Below, piece after piece: positions 44,467 to 56,501 of a DNA stretch of 64,000 nucleotides. The stretch is from Oikopleura dioica (taxonomy: Eukaryota; Animalia; Chordata), in NCBI GenBank assembly GCA_907165135.1, contig OU015568.1:16565208-16629207 (forward strand). Reading direction: 5' to 3'. Position numbers and translations under genes: made by a program. Each line of letters begins with the position of its first letter. Within the stretch, counting starts at the first letter, position 1. Under the pieces are notes generated by a model that saw nothing but the letters and a program-made list of their open reading frames with translations, made no database searches and was not told where the DNA came from.

Positions 44467-45672
44467 ATGGAAAGAAGGGCGATAATTATTACGACGATAC
44501 TTACTGTGATTGGATTCTCCGCAGTCTTTTTCCAAGTAAATAGCCTTTTCTTACCAAAGCTTTAAAAAGATCGTTCAAATAATTCTCAAGCATACTTCAT
44601 TACAAAACACAAATACTCCACAACAACCTCTTCCACAACCACCACAACTACCACCACCACAACCACGACAACAACGACAACGACAACATCAACGCGGACG
44701 ACAACAAGTACCGCGAAACCAACTCTCATCCCAGATTTCCTGCCTGACGGCCTGAGTACTTGCACAATCCAAGAAAACTATCCAGAACTCTACAACAAAA
44801 CCGACCAAAATTTAAGAGTTATCGATGGCAAAATTGTCGAGGGAACGGAGTGGCCTTGGATGGCCCGGTAAGGAAGAGAACCATTGATTCAACTGTTTGT
44901 TTCAAGAATTCAACGACAAGCGGACGGATATTTATGCGGCGGAACAGTCATCCATCCCCATTTTGTTCTCACAAGTGCGGAGTGCTGCAAAACTTGGCCG
45001 ATGAATGTCACTTTTTCAAGCAAAACAATCACTGTCCATGAAGGTAAAATGCCCTGAGGAGTGGAAAATCATGTTCTTCCGATTTCAGACTCTCAGTACA
45101 CCTTCGAACCCCGCGGCGGGATGATCCAGTACGTCTGCATTCTCCACTTTAACGAAAACCTCCTCTGGAACGGCACAGACACCTCCTACACCAACACACC
45201 CTGCATGCCTCAAAAACAAGTTGTCGCGCAAAACCAAGCATGCTGGATCGCCGGTTGGGGTTCTTCCGCCACTATTGGCACTCCAAGCGATCAGCTGCGA
45301 TCTAAAGGAGTGCGACTCGAAAACGGAACAGATTGCCAGGAAGGAATTCTTTACAAATGGGCCCAAGCGTGCATTGAAGGAGAGTATTCCCAAAGCGGCC
45401 AAATTTACCCCGAAGCTCCTACTTGCGCGAATGATATGGGTAAAGGGTTAAACAGTTTTTAATTGCAAAATATTTTGATTTCAGGAGGGCCGATAATTTG
45501 CCCTGTGGATGGAAAAGCGATGCTAGCGGGGGTCATCGGCGCTGGAGGATGCGGAATCTACCAAGCAAAGAGCTACTACTGGGATGTTTTTCGCAAATGG
45601 ACCAGATTATTGAAACCATCTCACGATTCAATGATACAATACCATGAAAAATTATTCCAGCATAATCCCTAG
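44467..45672 (+). CDS. Catalytically inactive trypsin-like homolog with N-terminal hydrophobic anchor and Thr-rich stalk
   Basis: MERRAIIITTILTVIGFSAVFFQ, poly-Thr, RVIDG..WPWM, LCGGTVIHPHFVLTSAEC (His to Glu), CWIAGWG and NDMGGP (Ser to Met). Confidence 0.82.
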
Positions 45673-46691
45673 TGTAATTATTATCGAATAAACTTCATAA
45701 CTTCTATATAATATTCTGTATATACAGTATACTGTATGTACAGTATATTTCTGTGTTGAAAACCTGAGTCAGGATCTCAAAGATCTCGAAGCGGATTTTT
45801 TTCACGAAAGAATTTCAAAATGGACTAGAATGATAAGTATGCGAAGCCGCTTTGCGGCTTCGATTAAAAAAAAAGCCGCCACGCGGCTTTTCATTTCAGC
45901 TGTTTCAGCTGAAAACCAAGCATCGTTAGTTTTTTTCCTTGAGTTTATTTTTTCGATTTCGGTCACGGTTCCTTGATTATCATTGATAATTTATCAATAA
46001 ATACAGCTTCGAGGAATTCGAATTCCCAAAAAATGTATGCTCAGGGCACTCATTAACGATTAGGCCCCCACCGAAGTAGTTCAAGTAGAGCTGCAAAAAC
46101 TTGGTAGAAGGAGTAGGTCAATCAATGTGTAAATTTAGGGCAGGCGGACAAAAGGCCGATTATCTCGGCGAAAATCAATCTCGGACGTTCCAGGCGGCGG
46201 AACTTTCTCAAAAGCCGTCTTTTGCTGGCAAATTATTCGGACACTCTCATCCGGAAAGCCCCTTCTTTTTCAGCCAGGATCATAATTAATTAAAAGTTTT
46301 AAAAGGTCAGCTTATGTCCGCCCGAGCGTGAAATTACTGCTTGTTGGAATTTTTAATTAGCACTTGGTTCTATTTTGATAATATAAATTTTAAGAAAATT
46401 CGAGGTACTTGAGCGAGCAGTTTATGTTTGGCGGGATAAGCCTTGAAGTCCTTATTTTGAGTGACGACAGATTGAGCCGTTTTCAAACTGCTCTGATTTC
46501 CAAAAGCCTAAATTATTCTTTACGAATTTCTGCCGCCCAGAAAGTGGCGTGACAATAATTTCGCAGAAAAAAGGATAATTTTTAAATATTTAAAAGCACA
46601 ATAAAGCCTTGTGCTTTTAAAATAAAAAATATCCATTTTTACGAAAATACTTTCATGCCGCTTTCTAAAAATATAAAGCGCCTATTGTACA

Positions 46692-46891
46692 ATGACTCAT
46701 AATTATTGAGAGTATGTAGGACTCAAATAATGAGCAGTAAAATAATGAATTTGATGCACCCAATTATTCGTTCCTAATTATATTTTATTGGATAATAAAG
46801 TAATTAGGAAGAAATAAGTGGGTACATTCAAAATTCCTTATTTTACGACCCAAAATCTGAGTCCTCCATAATCACAATAATTATGACTCAT
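46692..46891. mobile_element. ~200-bp MITE-like element with 33-bp imperfect inverted ends
   Basis: tgactcataattattgagagtatgtaggactca versus rc of the right end, tgagtcataattattgtgattatggaggactca. Confidence 0.6.
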
Positions 46892-47482
46892 AGAGAATGA
46901 CGACTAACAAAGATCCTGTATTTTCCGCTCGTGAATCATTTTTTTTTCAAAACACCCGTCCTAAAAAGTTAACCTTGTTTTCCAGACAAGCTCATAAACC
47001 TCCTCCGGCGCGCGTGCCCAAAAAAGCAGCTTCCGGGAAGCACTTTAATTTCAGACGTCCCCTTTTTTCATTTTCTTTGTTCTTTTTATTTTACTCCAGC
47101 TCGGCAAAGAAAAATTGCTCGCGGGCGCCACGGGCCGAGCGCGCGCGCTCATTGGTCGATTTGAAACGCGCCCACTTTCTGGCCCAGGTCAAGCAACATT
47201 CACCCTCTTTCTTGCTCACCTCTCTTTTACTCGCCAGAGAAAAAAAAACGAGTCATTCGAGAAATAAAAATTGCCGACTTTCCGTTTTCAAGTAAAAACT
47301 AAGAGATCTACGAAGACAGAAAAGAAGAAAAAAATCAAGAAAACAAAGAGAGTAAAAGAAGCTTTATTACCGCGAAATTGAGAACAAAAGATTGAGAAAG
47401 AATAAGAAGACCGCGTTTTAGAAAAGAGAATTATTCGAATAGGAAAGGGTCTATTTTCGGCTTTGTTCTACTCAAATTTTTA

Positions 47483-47550
47483 TGCAGAAAACCTGAGTCA
47501 AGGTCTGAAAGCAGCTCTTTCTGACCCTGACTCAGGTTTTCTGCACAGGT
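47483..47550. mobile_element. Mini-MITE, family A
   Basis: TGCAGAAAACCTGAGTCA..TGACTCAGGTTTTCTGCA. Relatives at ~38297-38351, ~45752 (one end) and 51957-52069. Confidence 0.75.
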
Positions 47551-47616
47551 TAAGAGCTTCTTTCCATCAAAAATCGACCCTCGAAAGAAGCCCCAAAACA
47601 GTAGAGCAGCCAAAAA

Positions 47617-50160
47617 ATGCGTGCATTACACGCCCTGGGGCTGTTATCAGCCCTGGTCTCTTCACAGTCCGATGGCGATGATAGCGGGAGCGAGATCGAG
47701 CTTGAGACGCGTTCGAGAACGGGTCGACCGATCAAGCAAGTGCGCAGCGGGCAGGACCAGTTCCGCGATGTTTGGACCACGAATCAGATCGTCTCGACGG
47801 ACACGATCAAAGTCGGCTGCGGCGGTTACGGCCAAGTGGCCATGATGTACCTGCTTTATATCAAAAACAACACGCTCGACGACTCCGTCAACAAGCGAAA
47901 GATCGTGATGCAAGTGTTTCCAAGTTCCGGAACAGCTGGCGAAGGATATCAAGGAAGAGTTCAGAAGTCTTCTATTCATGGATCGGATGTGACTTTCACC
48001 ATTTCGGATTTGACTCTCGACGATGCTGGCTACTACTACTGCGAGATCCACAACCATGGCAACAGACCAACGATGACGGATCTGACCGAAATCGTCATTT
48101 GGGTCCAACCAAGTCCGCCAGCCTTGACCGTCGACGATCATTTCTGGTCATCGGAAACGACGAAAAACGACACTGGAGTCGATTATTCGAAGGAGCAGCT
48201 AATCGCGACTTGCCGATCTGAAGGTGGTTTTCCCGCTCCGGAGCTGAAATTCCTCGACATTCAGACAGGAGAAGTCCTGACTGAAAAGAGCGACACGAAA
48301 TGCTTGCCGAACAAAGTGGATAAGCGAAAGCAAGACTGCCACCTCCAATACCGCGCAATTATCCACAAGTCGATGAACAGAAGACAGCTGAAATGTACGC
48401 TGCAGCACAAATCCCTCCGCGGTATTCAGCAGGAAGCCACCACAACGATGAACGTCTGGTACCCACCCTTTGATATGCAGATGAAGGGCAATCTTACCGA
48501 GAAGACTGTCACGTGCTCTGCAATTGGCCACCCCAAGCCTGTCTTTTACTACAGAATTGGAAAGACTGGAACCAACATCAAAATGGCAGAGATCGATGAT
48601 TTTCATAGGGATCCAACTTCAGGAACCGGTCGAAGTTTGCTTGGTCACGTACGCACGCTGTGTACGTGACTTGTGCATTTTAGCACGATCACGTGTACAC
48701 GCTGCCTACGTGACGTAGTCTATAAATAACAATCCGTCTGTTAATATTTAATCTATCCATTAGGCACGCCTTTCTTGGCCTTTATTTAGGGACAAACAAA
48801 GTCAAGTGTCTTTCTATTTGACAAATTGAGACCGTAATTAGAACGATACACGTCCAAAGCGTTTGTTTCGCAGCTCGGCGATCTCGCCCAAAATGAGGTG
48901 GTCTATTGTGTCGCCCGCAATGATGCTCCGCCTGAGCTCCTCAAATTTCAGTAAGAACCTTTTCTCTCTGCTTTGGAAAACGGTCTTTTTAGGCAAGTAG
49001 AAGAACTCTTTGCGCCTGAACCGCTTCTTGGCAAGATGCATTGGATCATTATCGCAGCTGCTGGTAAGAAACAAGAACATTATTTAAGCCGAACTTTATC
49101 AATAACGTTCTATCAGGCGGCGCGTTTGTGATCTGCCTTATCATCATAATTTGCTGTTGCTGCAGACGAAAAGACGAAGATAACACGCACGACTCTTACG
49201 CCAAAGGAAGGAGCCAATCCAAGCCCAAAAACAACTACGGGGATCACACTCTTGCTTCCAACGCGTCTTATGATTATCGACAACCAAGCCACGCTGGACC
49301 CCAATCTAACGGTAAGTTGCTATCAGTGTTCTTTCTGAATTCAAAATAAACCTCCCCTAGTTCAAGAATACCTGAAACGCGCTGCTTCAAAAGAAAAGCT
49401 CGTGGACGACTACGAAGTCGCCTCCGCCGTCCAGTCAAATTACTCAGACTACATGAGCCATGTCGCGCGAAGCCGTCAGCTCCTGGCACGCTCCCAAGAA
49501 AACCTCGCCGATCATCTTGGCGTCGATGTAATTTGTGTCTATCCGGGCTTTGAATTTAATACTTTTTTCAGGTGAACGAGGACGATCTTCAATCCGGATC
49601 TGGGGTTCAACGAGCTGACTCATTCGAGCCTTACGATGATCACCCAGCTCACGATCACAGGAGCAAGTATCAAGGCCAGCGAAACTACCATCAGTAAGGG
49701 GATTTCCGCTGCTTCCTTTTTTCTAACTGTTTGTTAAAGAGACGACGATGAGCACTTGTACGCCAACGACCCTCAATACGATAACAATCAATACCGCGAT
49801 AACCAGTAAGTACTCCTCTCCAAAACCAATGACGAATCAACGGACAACGCAACAAAATCGTTATCAATTTTGTCTCTAACTCTCAAGTAGTCTTCTAACT
49901 CTTCTTTTTCACAGCTTTTGTAATGCTCCGCGTGCGCCGGTAATTCTCCGGCCGCACAATGGCAGATCCAATCGACATAGCTATCACGACGAGATCCATC
50001 GTCAGAAAAGCTATAATAACTACGGATATAGCAGATCGAGACTTAGGTGAACCTTTCATCCAGAAATTCAACCACTCATCTCGTTTAATATTCGTTCAGT
50101 AGTACTTCCGAGACGGCTATTTGTATCAATAATATATGGATAGCCTTCAATAGCGAGTTC
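47617..50160 (+). CDS. Ig-superfamily type I membrane adhesion protein (V-set + two C2/I-set domains, TM, multi-exon cytoplasmic tail); 3' end approximate
   Basis: Signal peptide; FTISDLTLDDAGYYYC; ATCRSEGGFPAPEL..LKCTLQH; VTCSAIGHPKP..VYCVARN; TM WIIIAAAGGAFVICLIIIICCCC followed by RRK. Confidence 0.85.
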
Positions 50161-50399
50161 TAGTGCCAAGATAGGCTTTTAATACTCCTCTTATTCTCAA
50201 GAAAATCAGTTCCTTAGCCCGGATTTCTGCGCTAAAAGCTGGTAATAAAGCTGTTTTTAAGTAAAGAACAACTTGAGTAACAGTTTTTAGCACAGAAATA
50301 CGCGTTAAGGAACTGATTTTCTTGAGAAAATGAGGATTATTCAAAGCCTATCTTGGCACTAGAACTCGTTTATGAAGGCTATCCATATTTTATTCTTGA
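50126..50399. mobile_element. Long hairpin element (~115-bp inverted arms)
   Basis: GATAGCCTTC..CGAGTTCTAGTGCCAAGATAGGCTTT..TTCTCAAGAAAATCAGTTCCTTA is mirrored on the right arm. Confidence 0.88.
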
Positions 50400-51633
50400 A
50401 ATAGCTTGCTTGATGTTATTTTTAATTACTCCACTTGTAACAAAGACTATCTCCTCATCTCCAAGTTAATTGTTCATCCATCAAATCCGAACTTCTTCAG
50501 CTCAATCAACAAAGACGCTAACCACAAAGCCTAACCCGCTTGCTGACTTGATTACTCAAAACTCGCACTAGATAGAATCCGTCATTCTTTTTGAATCCTT
50601 GCCCCTTTCTAAATATTTATACGGTTTTAGTTATCATGACGAAGCCTCGCCGCCGCCGCCTCCACGGTACGAGTCAGTCAACCGCCACGGGGATTTCTCT
50701 TCACCCCAGCTCATTTAACTTCTATTCTTCGCTCACCTGGACGAAAAAAGCGCAATCAAAAAAGAATGAAAGAATGGCCTTGCTCAAAACTCGCTCTCTT
50801 CAGCCAAAAAATGTTTAACTCTTTTATCAAGTCTACTACCAAAAACAAAAAAATCGATGCCTTCTCCGCTCAAAATCCTTTTCTGAAAACAAAATAGTGC
50901 GAAAATTTTATCTTTCAAAAACATTCCTCTTTCCTTTTCCTTCTTCTTCTATCAATTGTTTTTTCCTTCTCTTTCCGGTTTCAAACGACCGTGCGTATAT
51001 TTGTACATTTTGTATTTTTATTTTGAAATTTTTTCGTTGTTAAAAGTTCAGTTAAAAATTATAACTCTCGTTTGCGCGCCTTTACCTCTTATCAATCTTA
51101 TCAGTAGCGCAAATAAAGACTAAAAATATGCACTTGGAAAAAAAAATATTATTCAATTTCTGCAATTTTCAATTCGTCTCAATCCGAAAAAGGCTCAATC
51201 GTGTGCCTTACTGCTTCAAACAATAAATATACAAAAAAAAAAACAATAAATACTTTATTCTATTGAAAAAATGTTATTCTAATAATGAGAGTCGTTAAAT
51301 TTTGAGTTTTCGTTCGAACCAGCTTCAGCTCAAGCTAAATTTGAGCTAGCTTAATAAAAGCTCGACCTTACCTTGATACTGAGCTGAGCTGGGTCAAAAT
51401 GAGCCGAGCTAAAGCTAATGAGAAGTCGGAAAAAGAAATTAGGCTTGATTGAGCCTGCTCAATGTTTGCTCAGGTGAGCTCAATTGAGCCACCTCAGCTC
51501 AGAATCAAGAAACATACAACAAGGTTTTATTGAGACAGTTCAAATTAGGCTCAACTCTGCTAGCTCAAATGAAAGATATCAAAAAATCACAGCTCTTCTC
51601 AAATTTCTCATGTTTGCATCGTGATTTGTTCAG

Positions 51634-53475
51634 ATGATGTCGCTAGGAACTCCAGGAATGTACCCAAGCGGCGCCCCAGCTCCACCACCACCCGGAGCAG
51701 TGGACCCTGGTACCATCGGCCAAGCCGCTCCCTACATCATCCCAAAGAAGGTTCCCAAGCCTGGCCAAACGTAATTCATCTCCTCTTGAATAAATTAAAA
51801 ACTCACTCTTCCAGATCAAAGGCGACGCCGATTTCAATGCTCCAGGAACTCTGCCAAAAACTTTCAAAGACGCCTCGATATGATTTACTGACAATGGAGG
51901 GCCGTGCGCATCAGCCTAGTTTCGTCTTTCGGTAAGCTCAAGACTGGACTTGCCAACCTGTGTAGAAACCTGAGTCAGGGTTTTCAAAGAGCTTTAGTTG
52001 AAAGCGTCGCTCTCGCTTTATTCTTTCAGCCAAAGCGCTTTCAGAACCCTGACTCAGGTTTTCACACAGGCTCCGAAGCCCGAAAGCTGGGACAAAAGCT
52101 AAAACATGAATTCAGATGTGTTGTCGGAGACGTAACTGGCGAAGGGCACGGTACGTCGAAGAAATCGGCGAAGCACCAAGCTGCTGAGAACGTCCTCACG
52201 CAGTTGAAATCTGGTGTCGTCCCGGGAGAGGAAAAGCCGCCGATCAAAGGGGAGGAACTCGAAAAGGATCAGTCCATGATTCACGCTGGGGAGATCAATC
52301 CGATTGGCACCCTTCAGGTTTTAGCCGCAGATTAGCCCTCTATCTCGTCCCTTATTCTTTAGCATCTGTTGATCACAAACTTACATAAGCTCTAGGAACT
52401 TGTCGTTTCCCGAGGATGGCGCCTTCCGGACTACTCCCTGGCTTCCGAAGCTGGCCCGAGCCACAAGAAAGAGTTCATCATCTGTTGTTCCGTCGAAAAG
52501 CTCAAAGAGTACGGCAGTGGTAGTTCCAAAAAAGTCGCTAAACGAAATGTAAGTTCCCACTTTTGAAAAGGATGAAAATTGAGTGAATTTAAGGCTGCTG
52601 GTTCAATGTTATCCAGATTGCGGGAAATCCCATCGGACTCGAAGGAACATGTTCTAGATACCGTGAGCATTACGATTGTTGTTAGACTTTTGAAGAAATT
52701 TTTAAGGATGATATTGACCCTTCGAGTTTTTCCAATGGCCGCCGAGGTCTTGTGCCTCTCGAGCTCTTGCGAAACAGCAACGGAGAGAGGATAACAATCG
52801 CCAAAGGTAATAAGAATGCTAGAAGAAGGGTGAAGAATCTGACTGGCGGATATTCTTTCGTGCGAAATCTGATACAATCTAAAAGACCATGCGAGATTAA
52901 AGGAATTAACTCAGCATGTGTCTAATGAAACTGCCTTTTCATAGTGTCTCATGCGCGTTAAAGCCTTCATTGATTCGTTCATTTTTGCCAAAAGTGAGGA
53001 AAATAATCGATTACTAGCAGAATAACAACTTCTAAGTTTGGTGTTTTAGTAAACGAATCCGCGGCGGACCCGATTCTGCAATTGCACGAGTACTCAGTCC
53101 AGCACCAATTCTCTGTCGCATTCCTTGACATAAGTAAGTCTTCTTGTTCTCTTCTAGGGTTGATTGTTTTGTTCAGAGGAACGCTCCACTGTGGGCCTTG
53201 TTCAGTGCTTTGTCAGGCTCACTACGATGCCAGTCTCCGTGCTCAACGGAGAAGGAGCCACCCTCACCGATGCGCATAATCATGCTGCACGAAATGCTCT
53301 TCAGGAATCGAGTTTTATATTGAAATAACCCTAGGATTAGGCTCTTTTTAAAACGAAACCGCTTTGCCTAACCCTTAATTGATTTCACCAAAGATGTTTT
53401 AAGGGGATAAGATGCGTTAGAAACTCGAGACAGTACTTGAAGATCATGGGTGCAGAAAAGCCATTGACTGGCTGA
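51634..53475 (+). CDS. TARBP2: TRBP/PACT-family dsRNA-binding protein (3 dsRBDs; TARBP2/PRKRA co-ortholog)
   Basis: ATPISMLQE..EGRAHQPSFVFRC..SKKSAKHQAA; NPIGTLQELVVSRGWRLPDY..GPSHKKEF..SKKVAKRNAA; HNHAARNALQ|YLKIM. Confidence 0.9.
51957..52069. mobile_element. Mini-MITE, family A, in a TARBP2 intron
   Basis: CCTGTGTAGAAACCTGAGTCAGGGTT...AACCCTGACTCAGGTTTTCACACAGG. Confidence 0.8.
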
Positions 53476-54015
53476 TCACTGTGATCTGATAACAAGGCGC
53501 TAACGAAGAGTGTCCAACACAACAATTTGTTTTTTACGTAGTGACTTTTATTTTTAAATGGGATGAGACATCAGTCACTTCGCGAAAAACAGCAGACAAC
53601 ACGCAGCTGCCGCTGGTGATTCTTATTATTTTTGTCCTTTTCCCATTTCTCGTTTTTATCCGTTTAACTATCGCACTTAACGAACAGTAATTGGTACAGT
53701 ACAGTACTAGTGAGCTTCACCCTTTTCCGCTGCATGTTGTCTGATTTATAGTCAAAACTTTTAAGCTGAAAATCGAAAAAGGTCTCTTTTTTAAAATAAT
53801 GGGTTCACTCAATTCTTAATAACATTGAAAATTTTATTAAAAGTTGCGCGTGCTCTACCCTTTTTTCGAAAAAACCACCCCTGATAATCCCGCATTACAT
53901 ACTTTTATTATTATTATTTTTATTAATTTTATTTTGTTCAAAACATCCTTCTTTTGCTTCGTTATTTTGGGGTTGGTGTGGTCTGTGGGGTTTTATGGAT
54001 GACTTTTGCTCTCTG

Positions 54016-54168
54016 ATTGGCTGACAAAGCGTATACTGGTCTCTGATTGGCCATGAAAAAAATACCGAGATCTTATTGGCTCAGAAAACTATAACGGCTT
54101 CTGATTGGCTCGGGCAAAAAAATCTTGCCTTTGATTTGCTCAGAGGACCTATACTGATCTCTGATTGG
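54016..54168 (-). promoter_or_regulatory. Array of six CCAAT-like boxes at 29-30 bp spacing, upstream of RIIAD1
   Basis: ATTGG starts at 54016, 54046, 54075, 54104 and 54164, with ATTTG at 54134. Confidence 0.55.
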
Positions 54169-54542
54169 CTGAGACACCCCAAATCCTCAAAAAAGCTCCC
54201 GAGACCTAGCCAACCCCAAATTATCTACTTGCCGCTGCAGTCATTACTGTTTTCAATCCGTTTTGGTCATTTATTCACAATTTACGAGAACGGGCGGAGA
54301 AAAGTAAAACAGATCATAATTACGCCCGTGCAATGAATTAACCAATGAATGTTCCAACACCATTTTTTTCCTAGGATTTTTACTTTTATTGTTCTTTATC
54401 TCCATTTTATCAGCTTCTAACTTGCGTCTACTTTAAAAATTAAAAAAATCATCCTCAAAAAACTCATTTTTGAATGTTACTAAATCTAATGTATTGAGAT
54501 AGCATTTTAACTCTCTTCAATGATTTTCTTTCTTCAGAAAAA

Positions 54543-55059
54543 ATGCTGACAAAAGGCGCGCTTGAACCGTCAGACGGACCAGCTTTGAGCGAAGAACAGA
54601 GGCAGAAGCTGCGACAGCTAAAAGTCGACACACAAAAGCGAGACGAAGCTTATATTCGAGTAAGCTTCTTTCTGAATTATTAAAAAAGGGCTTGGCTTAC
54701 AGAAAACTGCCGCATGTATTCAGAAGGTCTGATTTAGACCCTGAATATCAGGGAAGTTTCAAGCTTGAGCCGCGCGCGGCTTCTCAAAGAAGACCCTAAT
54801 TTATCTTATTTGACATGACCCGCAAAATCTTCCCATTTTATTTTTCAAACTTTGAATTCAGGAGCACCCAGAACTGGACCGAATGTGCTCCGAGTTCCTG
54901 CGCGACATTTCTCACAAACGACCAACTGACACTACCGCGTTCGCCGCGGCCTGGTTCACCAACGCAAATCTCCAATCCCACATCGAGAAGAAGATGCAAG
55001 AGAAAAAGCCAGATCGTGACTTCGAATTCGTCAAAGACGTTCCCAACTTGAAACTTTAA
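54543..55059 (+). CDS. RIIAD1: RIIa domain-containing protein 1 (2 exons)
   Basis: GPALSEEQRQKLRQLKVDTQKRDEAYIR|EHPELDRMCSEFLRDISHKRPTDTTAFAAAWFT matches the RIIAD1 pattern from recall. Confidence 0.8.
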
Positions 55060-55150
55060 CTTTCACAAGCTTTACCACATTTTTACAAAACAATATATTT
55101 TTCTAGAACACCAGAAGGGTTACTTTTAGTTACGTAAAATTGAATTTAGT

Positions 55151-56347
55151 ATGGAATCGCCAGAAGAAATCGCCGCTCTTCATGATGCACTGTCAGTTAC
55201 TGAAAGTAAAAGGTAAAAAATTTGATTATTATTATAATAATCAAATTAGAATTATCAAAATTATCAAAAAAGAAATCTTGATTTCTTAATTTTGGATTCT
55301 GATTGGTCCAAACGGGGTTTCGAGCATTTTGATTGGTCAAGGAATGATTCAATATAAAAATGGTCTCTTGGCCAATCAAAATGTCCGAGAACATTTTTCA
55401 GCCAATCAAATTTTGAACAAAAAAAGAAAAAGTTGACTTATTTTTGAAGGATCAAATGTGCTCTCACGGGGCACGAAATGGTCCCTAAGCGGGCAGTAAT
55501 CGAGCAGCACATGAAAGGAAAGAAATTCATACGACTCGCCAAGGAGTGGAAAAAGCCAGATGCCAAGTTTGAAGAGCTCAGGTAACGAAAAAGAACGAGT
55601 TCATTAGCTTAACTCTTCCTAGAGCACATCTAGTTGAAAACAAGAAGAATTCAAAGATGCTTTACTGTAATTTGACTGGACGATCGATTCAAAACGAAGT
55701 TGTCCACATTCAGCGGCATATCTTTGGCCAGAAGTTCACCAAGGCTCTAGCGCACTGTAAGTGACTGTAGTCCGGCTCGACAGCCTGATAGATGTAAAGA
55801 AAACCCGGGTCATTTTAGTGAATATTTTTAGTCAAAGAATGCGAAAAGAGTGGCGAAACCTTCCGGCCAATGCGCAGTTGGGGAAGTCGAGGAAAAGATG
55901 TTGAAAATTTCTACGAAGAACGCGGAATGGGCGAAGAGGAGGAAGACGATGGAGAAGAGGGCCCATCGAAAAGAAAGAGAGACGATGATTTGAGCGATCT
56001 GATGCCCTGGCTTCGGGAGGACGCGGCGTCAGGTGCGTAGAGCTATTTTGGGTTAATTCAATCTGGAGAGCGATGACACGTAAAAAGCTACGCACTTTTT
56101 GATCACCCCCTCTTTTTCTGAATATTTGAAGTCTGCCCTTTTTCTTTTGGAAAAATGAAGAGACAAAAATGATTTTTCAGAAACGGAAGAAATGGAAGCA
56201 GAAATTTCAGGCGAAGAAGAAGAAATGGACGTTATAGAAGAAGTAGCTGTCAAAGAAGTGTCAAAACTGAAGCTGGCCTCCCGAAAACGAAATAAACGGG
56301 GCTCCGTCCCTGTTCGTAAGAAGAAGCAGCAAATGGATATTGATTAA
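55151..56347 (+). CDS. SURF2: Surfeit locus protein 2
   Basis: RIKCALTGHEM..HMKGKKF; LYCNLTGRSI..HIQRHIFGQKFTKAL; acidic tail with DDLSDL. Confidence 0.85.
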
Positions 56348-56501
56348 CTCGAAGTTACTGAAAGCGTAGTGGGCGAAAGAGTGACTCTTCTTCTCTTTTT
56401 TTTCTTTCCTGACTGAAAAAGCAAAAAAAAGGAAGATTTTTTATTTTAAAAATTGGTGTTTTTAGATTTGAGACGAGGTCTCGAAGCGTCAAAATTAAAA
56501 G

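Noticed and set aside
45842-45891. Rho-independent terminators
   Set aside because: The shape fits, but the DNA is eukaryotic with spliceosomal introns on both sides.
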